Source: a virus. Taken from it: DNA of 64,000 nucleotides. The stretch is from positions 13,890 to 77,889 of the IMG/VR virus record IMGVR_UViG_3300003323_001359, one strand, 5' to 3'. The notes below the pieces were generated by a model. That model was given only the letters and a program-made list of their open reading frames with translations, made no database searches and was not told where the DNA came from. Positions 1 through 9,236 of the stretch are shown in pieces. Position 1 is the stretch's first letter; each line of letters begins with the position of its first letter. Both the position numbers and the translations under genes were made by a program.

Positions 1-4
1 CCTC

Positions 5-292
5 ATGACCGAACGAGATGCGCCGCGCCGCGGCTGGTCCTCCCGGGACCTGCCCGTCGTTCCCACCCTGGACTCGCGGTACTGGTCCGTGTTCGACGCG
101 GCCAAGCTGCTCGGTCCGCCGACCCTCACCGAGGACCAGGTTCACAGCCTCATCGAGCTGATCCAGCTGAAGCCGGTCGGCAAGCGCGTCAACGGCTCCC
201 GCCGGCGTCACGTCCGGGTCTACCCCGCTCAACGGCTCATCAGGGCGCACGAGAGGATCGCCGCGGAGATCGACGACGACGGTGACGACTGA
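5..292 (+). CDS. hypothetical protein, possible winged-helix DNA-binding protein
   Basis: 95 aa; 'YWSVFDAAKLL...RVRVY'-like pattern resembling MerR/excisionase-type folds. Confidence 0.45.
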   Translation: MTERDAPRRGWSSRDLPVVPTLDSRYWSVFDAAKLLGPPTLTEDQVHSLIELIQLKPVGKRVNGSRRRHVRVYPAQRLIRAHERIAAEIDDDGDD

Positions 293-317
293 GTTGATAT
301 AAGTTGTACCTCAGGTG

Positions 318-346
318 TTTACTTGATCTTCAAGCGTTGATAGGTT
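318..346 (+). promoter_or_regulatory. phage promoter (TTTACT-N17-TAGGTT) upstream of the Rpf gene
   Basis: Variant of the GTTTACA-N17-TAnnnT motif found 11 times in the window; a second TATACT box lies at 393-398. Confidence 0.65.
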
Positions 347-486
347 GAGGTCACGCAACCACCGGTTGATGGCAAGCTTGGATGTGACGAGGTATACTAT
401 CGCCAAGAGGTGACCTGTCTCATCAGCCGTTCTCCGGTGGTTGCGGTCAGCGCCCCAGCGCGTCACGCGGTGACGCCCGAGGGTGA

Positions 487-1215
<729 letters not shown>

Positions 1216-1239
1216 AACCTCCACCGCCCGGAGGAAACA

Positions 1240-1275
1240 CGACAGCCCCATCCGGTTCGCCGGGTGGGGCTGTCG
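1240..1275 (+). terminator. stem-loop terminator after rpf
   Basis: cgacagccccatccgg-TTCG-ccgggtggggctgtcg. Confidence 0.75.
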
Positions 1276-1301
1276 CACGTCTGAACCACGAGAGGAGACC
1301 G

Positions 1302-1850
1302 ATGGCCAGCCACGAGGATGAGCAGCTCCTGCTGCCGGTTCCCATCGGCCCCGTGGAGAGCTACGGCCGGATGAGGGACAACGAGGCGGCCCGGCTCAAG
1401 GCGCTCGGGTGGCGGCTCGACCAGATCGCGGAGCGCCTCGAGCTGTGGGTCGGCGGCGAGAGGGAGAACGGCCCCAGCGAGGACCGCGCTGCCGCGGCCA
1501 TCAAGCGCGCCATGGCGCGCGCCGTGCGGTTCGCGACCGACGAGACCCGGGCGCTCGAGCTGCAGAGCTACGACGAGCTCGAGGCCGTGTGCTGGCGCGA
1601 GCTGCAGGCCAACCCACGGCTCGTGCAGCAGGGCCGGATCATCGTCGACGAGGAGGGCCTGCCGGTCCCCGACAAGCGGCTCCTGATGGAGATCGTCGAC
1701 CGCATCCTGAAGATCAAGGAGCGGCGCTCGCGCCTGCTCGGGCTCGACGCGCCCACCCGGGCCGAGATCCTCACCGTCGACAGCGTCGACGCGGAGATCG
1801 CGAAGCTCGAGGCGGAGCTCGCCGAGGCCAAGAAGATCAACCTGCTCTAG
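1302..1850 (+). CDS. terminase small subunit (putative)
   Basis: ATG after GAGGAG; HTH-like N-terminus; C-terminal 'ERRSRLLGLDAP'; lies upstream of TerL. Confidence 0.75.
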   Translation: MASHEDEQLLLPVPIGPVESYGRMRDNEAARLKALGWRLDQIAERLELWVGGERENGPSEDRAAAAIKRAMARAVRFATDETRALELQSYDELEAVCWRELQANPRLVQQGRIIVDEEGLPVPDKRLLMEIVDRILKIKERRSRLLGLDAPTRAEILTVDSVDAEIAKLEAELAEAKKINLL

Positions 1851-1978
1851 TCGTCATCGGTCTCTCGCGTCTCGCCGTAGGTCAGGCACTGGTTGTAGAC
1901 CTCGCCGTCCTGCTCGTAGTCGTGACCGTACTCCTCGCACGGGGTCAGGTTGTCGAAGCTCGACCAGCTCTCCATCAT
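1847..1978 (-). CDS. 43-aa acidic protein between terS and terL (below the ORF-track cut-off)
   Basis: MMESWSSFDNLTPCEEYGHDYEQDGEVYNQCLTYGETRETDDD*; AAGGAG RBS and its own promoter at 2005-2033. Confidence 0.65.
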   Translation of the reverse strand: MMESWSSFDNLTPCEEYGHDYEQDGEVYNQCLTYGETRETDDD

Positions 1979-2004
1979 CCGCTCCTTCCTCGGTTCCTGA
2001 CGCG

Positions 2005-2033
2005 ATCGTATCGCGACTCGACACAATTGTAAA
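2005..2033 (-). promoter_or_regulatory. phage promoter TTTACA-N17-TACGAT
   Basis: Matches the repeated motif; followed by an AGGAAC leader. Confidence 0.75.
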
Positions 2034-2049
2034 CAGGTGGTGACGCGCC

Positions 2050-3543
2050 GTGGCCGACACCCTCCTCGAGGTCAAGCTCGACAAGCTCCGCCGCCTCCGC
2101 GAGCTGCAGCAGCGGAAGGTCGACCTCGACAACGGTGACGGCCTCAAGCGCACCTGGCGCGAGCAGGCCCGAGCCGACCAGCTCGAGCCCGAGGGTGACT
2201 GGTTCGTCTGGCTGATCCTCGCCGGCCGAGGCTGGGGCAAGTCCCGCACCGCCGCCGAGATGATGGCTGAGAAGGCCCGCCGGTTCCCGGGCTGCCGCAT
2301 CGCGCTCGTCGCCCGCACCATCGGCGACACCCGCGACACCATGATCGAGGGTGACTCGGGACTGCTCAACTGCTTCAAGCAGACCGAGCTCCGCGGCGGC
2401 AAGATCACCGGCGCGTGGAACCGCTCCCTGGGCGAGCTCTACCTCGAGAACGGCAGCCGGTTCTTCACGTACTCCGCGGAGAAGCCCTGGCAGCTCCGCG
2501 GCCCTCAGTTCCACTTCGCCTGGGGCGACGAGGCCTGCTTCTGGGCCGACGCTCACAAGGGAACCGCGACCGACACCACGTGGTCCAACCTCACCATCGC
2601 GACCCGTCTGCCGCGCCGCCCCGACTGGCCACTCGACTTCCGCACCCAGATCGTCGTCGCCACCACGCCGCGACCCGTTCCCCTGCTCCGGGTCGCCGAC
2701 ACCCAGCTCACCTCGCCCGGTCTCATGCAGCGCGACAACGTCATCGTCACGCGCGGCCGCACCGTCGACAACCTCGAGAACCTCAGCGACAGCTACAAGG
2801 CCAACGTCGTCGCGCCCCTCCTCGGCACCCAGCTCGGCCTGCAGGAGCTCGACGCCGAGATCCTCGAGAACCGCGACAACGCGCTGTGGAAGCGCGAGTG
2901 GCTCGAGGCCGACCGGATCCCCGTCAAGCGCCGCTCGGAGCTCGACCTCGTCCGCATCGTCATCGGCGTCGACCCCTCCGTCACCGACACCGAGGCCAGC
3001 GACCTCACCGGCATCGTCGTCTGCGCCGCCGACCGCGAGGGCCACGGCTACGTCCTCGCCGACTACACCATGCGTGGCACCCCCAAGAGGTGCATGCAGC
3101 GCGTGAAGGACGCCTACGACGAGTTCCAGGCCGACCGCGTCGTCGCCGAGGTCAACAACGGCGGTGACTACATCGGCACGGTCCTCAAGACCATCGACGC
3201 GAACATCCCCTTCCGGTCCGTGCGAGCCAGCCGCGGCAAGAACACCCGCGCCGAGCCGGTCTCCGCGCTCTACGAGCAGCACCGCGTCCACCACGTGGGC
3301 GTGTTCCCGCAGCTCGAGGACGAGATGTGCACGTGGGCCCCCGGTGACAAGGAGTCACCGGACCGCATGGACGCGCTCGTCTGGGGCATGTACGACCTCA
3401 AGGACCTCATCGGCGGGTCCTGGCTCGACGCCTACGGCGTCATCAAGTGCGAGAGCTGCGAGCGACCCTTCACCAAGACGCTCAACGGCAAGCCCCGCGA
3501 CAAGTGCCCCCACTGCAGCGCACCCCTCGAGGAGGCGGCGTGA
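2050..3543 (+). CDS. terL: terminase large subunit
   Basis: Walker [14 protein letters not shown], Walker B WGDE, TTP, nuclease GVDP and SPDRMDA; C-terminal CxxC...CxxC. Confidence 0.95.
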   Translation: MADTLLEVKLDKLRRLRELQQRKVDLDNGDGLKRTWREQARADQLEPEGDWFVWLILAGRGWGKSRTAAEMMAEKARRFPGCRIALVARTIGDTRDTMIEGDSGLLNCFKQTELRGGKITGAWNRSLGELYLENGSRFFTYSAEKPWQLRGPQFHFAWGDEACFWADAHKGTATDTTWSNLTIATRLPRRPDWPLDFRTQIVVATTPRPVPLLRVADTQLTSPGLMQRDNVIVTRGRTVDNLENLSDSYKANVVAPLLGTQLGLQELDAEILENRDNALWKREWLEADRIPVKRRSELDLVRIVIGVDPSVTDTEASDLTGIVVCAADREGHGYVLADYTMRGTPKRCMQRVKDAYDEFQADRVVAEVNNGGDYIGTVLKTIDANIPFRSVRASRGKNTRAEPVSALYEQHRVHHVGVFPQLEDEMCTWAPGDKESPDRMDALVWGMYDLKDLIGGSWLDAYGVIKCESCERPFTKTLNGKPRDKCPHCSAPLEEAA

Positions 3544-3914
3544 CCCAGCCGGCACCGCTGCCCAACTCCTACCTCGCCGTCACCGCCAACGGCTCGCAGT
3601 GGGCGCAGAGCTACCAGGTCACCAACGACGACGGCACCCTCGCGGACATCACCAACAAGACGTTCGAGCTGATCGTGCGCAACACCCAGACCAGCGCGAC
3701 CCTGTTCTCCGTCAACAGCACCGCGTCCACCGCGTACGGCACCATCACCGTCACCAGCAGCACCGCCACGCTGCAGGTCGTGCTGACACCCACCGCGACC
3801 ACGCTTCTTCCCGAGTGGGGCGGCAGCTACACCCTGTGGATGGATCCCAACCTCAACGACGCGACCGCGCTCGTGGCCGGCATCTTCTACGGCCGCGCGG
3901 TCGCTCAACCCTAG
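3540..3914 (+). CDS. hypothetical virion protein (beta-rich)
   Basis: GTG overlaps the terL stop; Thr-rich, 124 aa. Confidence 0.6.
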   Translation: MTQPAPLPNSYLAVTANGSQWAQSYQVTNDDGTLADITNKTFELIVRNTQTSATLFSVNSTASTAYGTITVTSSTATLQVVLTPTATTLLPEWGGSYTLWMDPNLNDATALVAGIFYGRAVAQP

Positions 3915-3925
3915 GAGGAGCGCAG

Positions 3926-5170
3926 GTGGTCAACGTCACCATCGTCACCGCCGGCACCTCCGGGCCGCGCGGCAACGGCTGGCTGTCCGGCACCGGCGCA
4001 CCGGCCAGCAGCCTCGGCTTCAACGGTGACTTCTACCTCGACACCTCCAACCCCTCGGTGTTCTACGGTCCCAAGGCGGCCGGCACCTGGCCGGCTCCCA
4101 CCGCGTTCACGTCGCAGAAGAACAACACCACCGCGACGCGGAACCCCACGACGACCGACGACGCCTCGCAGGGCTACACGATCGGCTCGATCTGGATCAA
4201 CACGTCGACGGCCGCCTACTTCGTCGCCGAGAGCGTCACCACGAACGCTGCCGTGTGGTACCAGAACTACCAGCTCGGCACCACGTCGGGCAGCGCCGCC
4301 GCCGGCAACGACGCGCGGATCACCGGCGCGCTTCAGAAGGCCAGCAACCTCTCCGACGTCGCCAGCGTGACCGGTGCGCGCGCCAACCTCGGCCTCGGCG
4401 GCGCGGCGGTGCTGAACGTCGGCACGACGGCCGGCACCGTGGCCGCCGGTGACGACGCGCGGATCGTCAACGCCGTCGAGAACACCCTGCTCACGGCCAA
4501 GGGCGACCTGATCGTGGCCGTCAGCGGCGGTGCGCCGGTGCACCTGCCGGTCGGCACCGACACCTACGTGCTCACAGCCGACGCGGCGCAGACAGCCGGC
4601 GTGCGGTGGGCCGCCCCCGCTGCCGGCGGTGCGACGTTCCCCCTGAGCGGCTATGGGTTGCTGACCGCTAGCGACGACCCGATGCTGTTCCAAAACGTCT
4701 CCAGCCTCGCCAGCGGCACGGTGTTCGGGGCGCGATGCTGGGTGCCGGCCAACACCGCCCTGTCCACCCTCGTCGCCGCTGTGCGCACCGGCGGCACCTA
4801 CGCCACGTCGGCGGTGCCCAACCAGCTCGGCATCTACGACGACACGGGCGTCAGGCTTCAGGTGTCCCCAAACGACAACAACCTGTGGAACGCGGCCGGG
4901 TGGACCAGTAGCGGCATCACGACGGTCACGGCGCAGGCGACCGGTCGGTTCGTCTACATCCTCTACATCCTCGGTGGCTTCACCGGGGTCACCGTGCCAT
5001 ACGCCCTGGGCGCGAACGACAGCAACGCGCCGTGGCTCAGCCTGGGCGTCACCAACGCCGGCAACAAGCGAGCCTTCTACCTGAACGGTCAGTCGGCGCT
5101 GCCGGCGTCGTTCAACCCCACGACCGTGGGCACCACCACCGGCTTCATCCCTCTCGTGGGAGCCTACTGA
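3926..5170 (+). CDS. fiber-like minor structural protein
   Basis: GGAGGAG RBS; [14 protein letters not shown]...GDFYLD; repeated GTT(S/A)G(S/T)(A/V)AAG(N/D)DARI; TAKGDL motif typical of fibers. Confidence 0.7.
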   Translation: MVNVTIVTAGTSGPRGNGWLSGTGAPASSLGFNGDFYLDTSNPSVFYGPKAAGTWPAPTAFTSQKNNTTATRNPTTTDDASQGYTIGSIWINTSTAAYFVAESVTTNAAVWYQNYQLGTTSGSAAAGNDARITGALQKASNLSDVASVTGARANLGLGGAAVLNVGTTAGTVAAGDDARIVNAVENTLLTAKGDLIVAVSGGAPVHLPVGTDTYVLTADAAQTAGVRWAAPAAGGATFPLSGYGLLTASDDPMLFQNVSSLASGTVFGARCWVPANTALSTLVAAVRTGGTYATSAVPNQLGIYDDTGVRLQVSPNDNNLWNAAGWTSSGITTVTAQATGRFVYILYILGGFTGVTVPYALGANDSNAPWLSLGVTNAGNKRAFYLNGQSALPASFNPTTVGTTTGFIPLVGAY

Positions 5171-5511
5171 TGACGATGCCGCAGGGCGGAGGCTCACCCC
5201 ACTCGCAGCTCGACCTCGCCGCGCTCGCCGCGGTCAGCAGCGCTCAGCGCCTGCTCGGCAGCCAGCCGCGGCTGCCGGTCACCCACGAGGAGCGCGAGGA
5301 GCTCGAGAGGGTCGCCGCCGACGGCGGTCTCTGCCGGTTCTGTGCCGGGATCCACGCCGGCGGCAGCACCCCGGCCTGCCCGCGTCTCGCGAGCGGCAAG
5401 CTCAACGGCGACGGCGACCTCATCGAGTTCACCTACTGGCCGAGCTGGGACGCGAGCCGCGTGATCTACCCGGAGGACGTGGACGAGGAGGCTGAGGTTG
5501 ACCCCACGTGA
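5170..5511 (+). CDS. hypothetical protein with CxxCxxxH...C motif
   Basis: ATG overlaps the previous stop; CRFCAGIH...ACP. Confidence 0.6.
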   Translation: MTMPQGGGSPHSQLDLAALAAVSSAQRLLGSQPRLPVTHEEREELERVAADGGLCRFCAGIHAGGSTPACPRLASGKLNGDGDLIEFTYWPSWDASRVIYPEDVDEEAEVDPT

Positions 5512-5698
5512 GGAGCTGATGCTCAAGCTGCGTCTGATCAACGACGCGCAGGAGCGCGGCGCCACGTGGGCGGAGATCGCCAAGGCGTTGGGGTACGCGA
5601 GCGCGAAGGCGCTCAAGAACGAGGTCAAGGTGGCCGCGCGGCGGCTGCAGCGAGAGCTCTGGGCGGAGGCTGAGACGGTGAGCGGTGGCGTCGACTAG
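5498..5698 (+). CDS. small HTH protein
   Basis: ERGATWAEIAKALGYAS. Confidence 0.65.
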   Translation: MTPREELMLKLRLINDAQERGATWAEIAKALGYASAKALKNEVKVAARRLQRELWAEAETVSGGVD

Positions 5699-8600
5699 GT
5701 CCATCCTGCGCGCGGCGCGCTACTCGCCCGGCGGCGCCCGTCCCACGCCCGCCCCGCAGGGCGCCGGCGTCGGCACGGGATCGCTGTCACCGCTGGTCAT
5801 GAACTACGCGGAGCAACACGGCTACGCCAACGCCTACGCCGGCTTCCTGCCGCGGCCGCCGGCCACGTTCACGCAGGGCGCGTTCGGGCCGTTCAGCCCG
5901 ATCCTGCCGGTGCCGGTCGACGAGCCGGACGCGAGCGGCCGCGCTGAGCCGCGCCGCGAGGAGTACCGCGTCGGGTGGAACCTGCCGGTCGGCACGCCCG
6001 GCTCGGAGGGCCTGAAGCTCGCGTCCTTCAGCACGCTCAAGACGCTGGCCGATCTCTACTCGGTCGCGCGGGCGTGCATCCAGCTCCGCAAGTCCGAGAT
6101 CCGCGGCCTCGAGTGGGACATCATGCCCACGCAGGAGGCCGCCAAGGAGAACCGCGGTGACAAGGCGTGGTTCAAGGACTTCGGTGAGCGCCGCGCCAAG
6201 GCCAAGAAGTTCTTCAAGCGCCCCGACCCGGACTACTACAGCTGGAGCACGTTCATCGACGCCTTCCTCGAGGAGGTGTTCGTCTTCGACGCGCTCTCGC
6301 TGTACCTGCGTCCCAAGCGCGGCCGCGGCATGGGAAAGGGACTGCTCGGCAGCGACCTCGACAGCCTCAACCTGATCAGCGGCCCCACCATCCGGCCGCT
6401 CTACGACATGCACGGCGGCTTCCCCGCGCCGCCGGCCCCGGCCTACCAGCAGTACCTCTACGGCGTTCCCCGGTCCGACTTCATCAAGATGATGACAGAC
6501 ATGGACATCCAGGAGGGCGGCCTGCGAGGCAGCCAGGTCGGCCAGTTCCGCGGCGACCAGCTCCTGTACGTGCCGATGGTGCCGCGGCGGTGGACCCCCT
6601 ACGGCTTCCCACCCATCGAGCGCGCCATGATCCCCGTGCTGTCCGGCCTGCAGAAGCAGGGCTACCAGCTCGACTACTTCCGTGAGGGCACCGTCCCGGC
6701 CGTCTACATGTCACCTGGCGACGAGAACATGACCCCCAACCAGATCCGGGAGCTGCAGGACGCCCTCAACGCCTTCGCGGGCGACCCCGCCTGGCACCAC
6801 AAGATCATCGTTCTGCCGCCGGGAACCAGGGTCGAGCCGCAGCGCGCGGTGCCGCTGGCCGACGCGTTCGATGAGATCGTCATGACCCAGGTCTGCATGG
6901 CGTTCGACATCATGCCCATGGAGCTAGGCATCGCGCCCAAGGTCAGCACGTCGATGTCCCCCGGCGCGTCTCACCAGATGGCGAAGATGGCTGAGAACGT
7001 GGGCGAGCGCAAGGCGACCAAGCCGACGCTCATGTTCATCGCGGACATCATCAACAACATCCTCGAGTACGTCTGCGGTCAGGACGACATGCAGTTCGTC
7101 TTCGAGGGCCTCGAGGCGGAGGAGGACGAGGCGCTGATCACCGACCTGCTCATCAAGCAGGTCGAGAACGGTCTGCGCAGCGTCGACGAGGCGCGCGACA
7201 AGCTCAACCTTCAACCGTGGGGCCTGCCCGAGACCAGCGGTCCGGTCTTCCTCAGCAAGAACGGCCCCGTACCGTTCGGGGCGCTCACGGCCGGTGCCGG
7301 CGAGCCGGCGCCCAGCGTCCCCGGTCAGCTCTCGATCCCAGGACCTCAGCCCGAGCTGCCCGTCACGGCCAGCGGCAGCGGTCAGTCGCAGAACCCCGGC
7401 CAGGGCAGCGTGCCGACCCAGCCCAACGCGGTGCAGCACCCCGAGACGCCGGGACACGCCGCGGCCACCGGTGCGGGCACCGTGCCGCCGAGGTCGGCAA
7501 CCGGCAAGAAGCCGGCCGCGCCGGCCAGGAAGCCGACCGCCGCGCCCGCCGGGAAGACAGACGCGGCGGCCCTGGAAAAGGCGGCGAGCAGCGAGCTCGA
7601 GGCCTTGAGTCGGCACGTGAAGAAGGGCCGGCAGGTCAGCACGTGGGTGCCGAGAAACCTCAACCCAGACGCGCTCGCCCGGATCAGCCAGCACCTGGCG
7701 GAGGGCCTCGAGATCGATGACGCGATCCGCGTCGTCAAGGCCACGCGGCGGGTGGTCAGCCTGAACGGCGAGGGGTCGTGGGTCACCTCGACGACACCGA
7801 ACGACGCGGCTGGCGGCGGTGGACGGTCACCGGTCAGGCACCTGGGAGACGGCACCGAGGTGCCCGGTGGGGTCACGGAAGGCACGGCTGGGGGCGAACC
7901 CCCGAGGTGGATCTCTCAGCCCCCCAACGGCTACATGGGCGGCTTCTACGACGGCTCCAACCGATCTCAAGCGCATCACCCTCTCAGTGGTCGCGACGAC
8001 CGGGTACCACTCACCCATGGTCATCAAACCGACGTCAGCTCACGACCTCAACGCTACCCCAGCGCGGGCCTCGACGGCTGGCCACAAGGCGGCATCGACA
8101 CGGGTAGGTCGCCGGTCAGCGAGCCGCCCGGTGACGCGAACGACCGCGGCCGCGCACCGAGCGTGGGGGACGCCGCTGCCAAGCGAGCCAAGGTCTCCAA
8201 GGCGTCCGTGAACTACCGCGCCGGAACCGACGCGCGACGGTGCGGCACGTGCGTGATGTTCCACGCCAACGGCACGTGCGACCTCGTGGTCGGTGACATC
8301 CAGCCCGACGCCGTGTGCGACCGGTGGGAGGCTCCAAACGTGGCCAAGGGAGCCTGCGTCGCGGCCGGTCTCGCGGTCCGCGCAGCCGACACCGGTCGGG
8401 TGCTCATGCTGCAGCGAGCGATCACCGACGACGACCCAGCCGCCGGCACGTGGGAGTTCCCCGGCGGCTGCCTCGAGCCGGGCGAGCAGCCCCGCAGCGC
8501 CGCGGTCCGGGAGTGGCAGGAGGAAACCGGCTGCGTTCTTCCCGTGGGTCGGTTCGTTTCGGGCTGGGGCACCGAGAGCGGCCGCTGGCGGGGCTTCGTC

Positions 8601-9221
8601 TACGAGGTCGCGTCCGAGGCGGACGTGCCGATCTTCGACGGTCGGGACCGCGTCACCAACCCGGATGACCCCGACGGTGACCAGGTGGAGGCGCTCGCGT
8701 GGTGGGACCCGAGCCACCTCGTCGACAACCCGTCGGTGCGCGCCGAGCTTCGCGAGGATCTTCAGCTCGTTCTCAACGCCCTCGCGCGTCCCACGGCTCA
8801 GGGCGCGAGAACGGCGACCGCGGACGAGGTCGCGGCCCTGATGAGCCGGAACTTCAGCGCCGAGGGCTACGCCTGGGTGGATGACGCGACCTGGGTTGGC
8901 CCGAGCGACGTCCCCACCGACCGCATCGACTTCAGCAACGAGGCGCGGTGGGCGGCGCATCACGAGAGCGCCGCCGTCGACCGCTTCGTTGAGCGGCTGC
9001 GCGTCGGCGAGACCCTGCACCCCGCCATCCTCGTCGACACCCCCGGTGATCCCAAGCTGAAGGTGGTCGACGGTCACCACCGGGCGCTGGCCGCGCAGCG
9101 CCTCGGCAAGCCGCTCAACGCGTACGTCGGCACCGTCCACACCGTGGTCGGGCCGTGGGACGAGGCTCACTCGTTCCAGATTCACCACGGTGACGATCAC
9201 CTCAACAAGACGACCGACTGA
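5685..9221 (+). CDS. portal protein with C-terminal HiPIP-like, Nudix and ParB/Srx-like domains
   Basis: Portal core in roughly the first 530 aa (YGFPPIE, YFREG, AFDIMPMELG, SVDEAR); CGTCVMF...C...VGDI.P...CDRW; Nudix box GGCLEPGE...AVREWQEETG; VVDGHHR. Confidence 0.88.
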   Translation: MASTRSILRAARYSPGGARPTPAPQGAGVGTGSLSPLVMNYAEQHGYANAYAGFLPRPPATFTQGAFGPFSPILPVPVDEPDASGRAEPRREEYRVGWNLPVGTPGSEGLKLASFSTLKTLADLYSVARACIQLRKSEIRGLEWDIMPTQEAAKENRGDKAWFKDFGERRAKAKKFFKRPDPDYYSWSTFIDAFLEEVFVFDALSLYLRPKRGRGMGKGLLGSDLDSLNLISGPTIRPLYDMHGGFPAPPAPAYQQYLYGVPRSDFIKMMTDMDIQEGGLRGSQVGQFRGDQLLYVPMVPRRWTPYGFPPIERAMIPVLSGLQKQGYQLDYFREGTVPAVYMSPGDENMTPNQIRELQDALNAFAGDPAWHHKIIVLPPGTRVEPQRAVPLADAFDEIVMTQVCMAFDIMPMELGIAPKVSTSMSPGASHQMAKMAENVGERKATKPTLMFIADIINNILEYVCGQDDMQFVFEGLEAEEDEALITDLLIKQVENGLRSVDEARDKLNLQPWGLPETSGPVFLSKNGPVPFGALTAGAGEPAPSVPGQLSIPGPQPELPVTASGSGQSQNPGQGSVPTQPNAVQHPETPGHAAATGAGTVPPRSATGKKPAAPARKPTAAPAGKTDAAALEKAASSELEALSRHVKKGRQVSTWVPRNLNPDALARISQHLAEGLEIDDAIRVVKATRRVVSLNGEGSWVTSTTPNDAAGGGGRSPVRHLGDGTEVPGGVTEGTAGGEPPRWISQPPNGYMGGFYDGSNRSQAHHPLSGRDDRVPLTHGHQTDVSSRPQRYPSAGLDGWPQGGIDTGRSPVSEPPGDANDRGRAPSVGDAAAKRAKVSKASVNYRAGTDARRCGTCVMFHANGTCDLVVGDIQPDAVCDRWEAPNVAKGACVAAGLAVRAADTGRVLMLQRAITDDDPAAGTWEFPGGCLEPGEQPRSAAVREWQEETGCVLPVGRFVSGWGTESGRWRGFVYEVASEADVPIFDGRDRVTNPDDPDGDQVEALAWWDPSHLVDNPSVRAELREDLQLVLNALARPTAQGARTATADEVAALMSRNFSAEGYAWVDDATWVGPSDVPTDRIDFSNEARWAAHHESAAVDRFVERLRVGETLHPAILVDTPGDPKLKVVDGHHRALAAQRLGKPLNAYVGTVHTVVGPWDEAHSFQIHHGDDHLNKTTD

Positions 9222-9236
9222 CGGAAAGGAAGCCGT

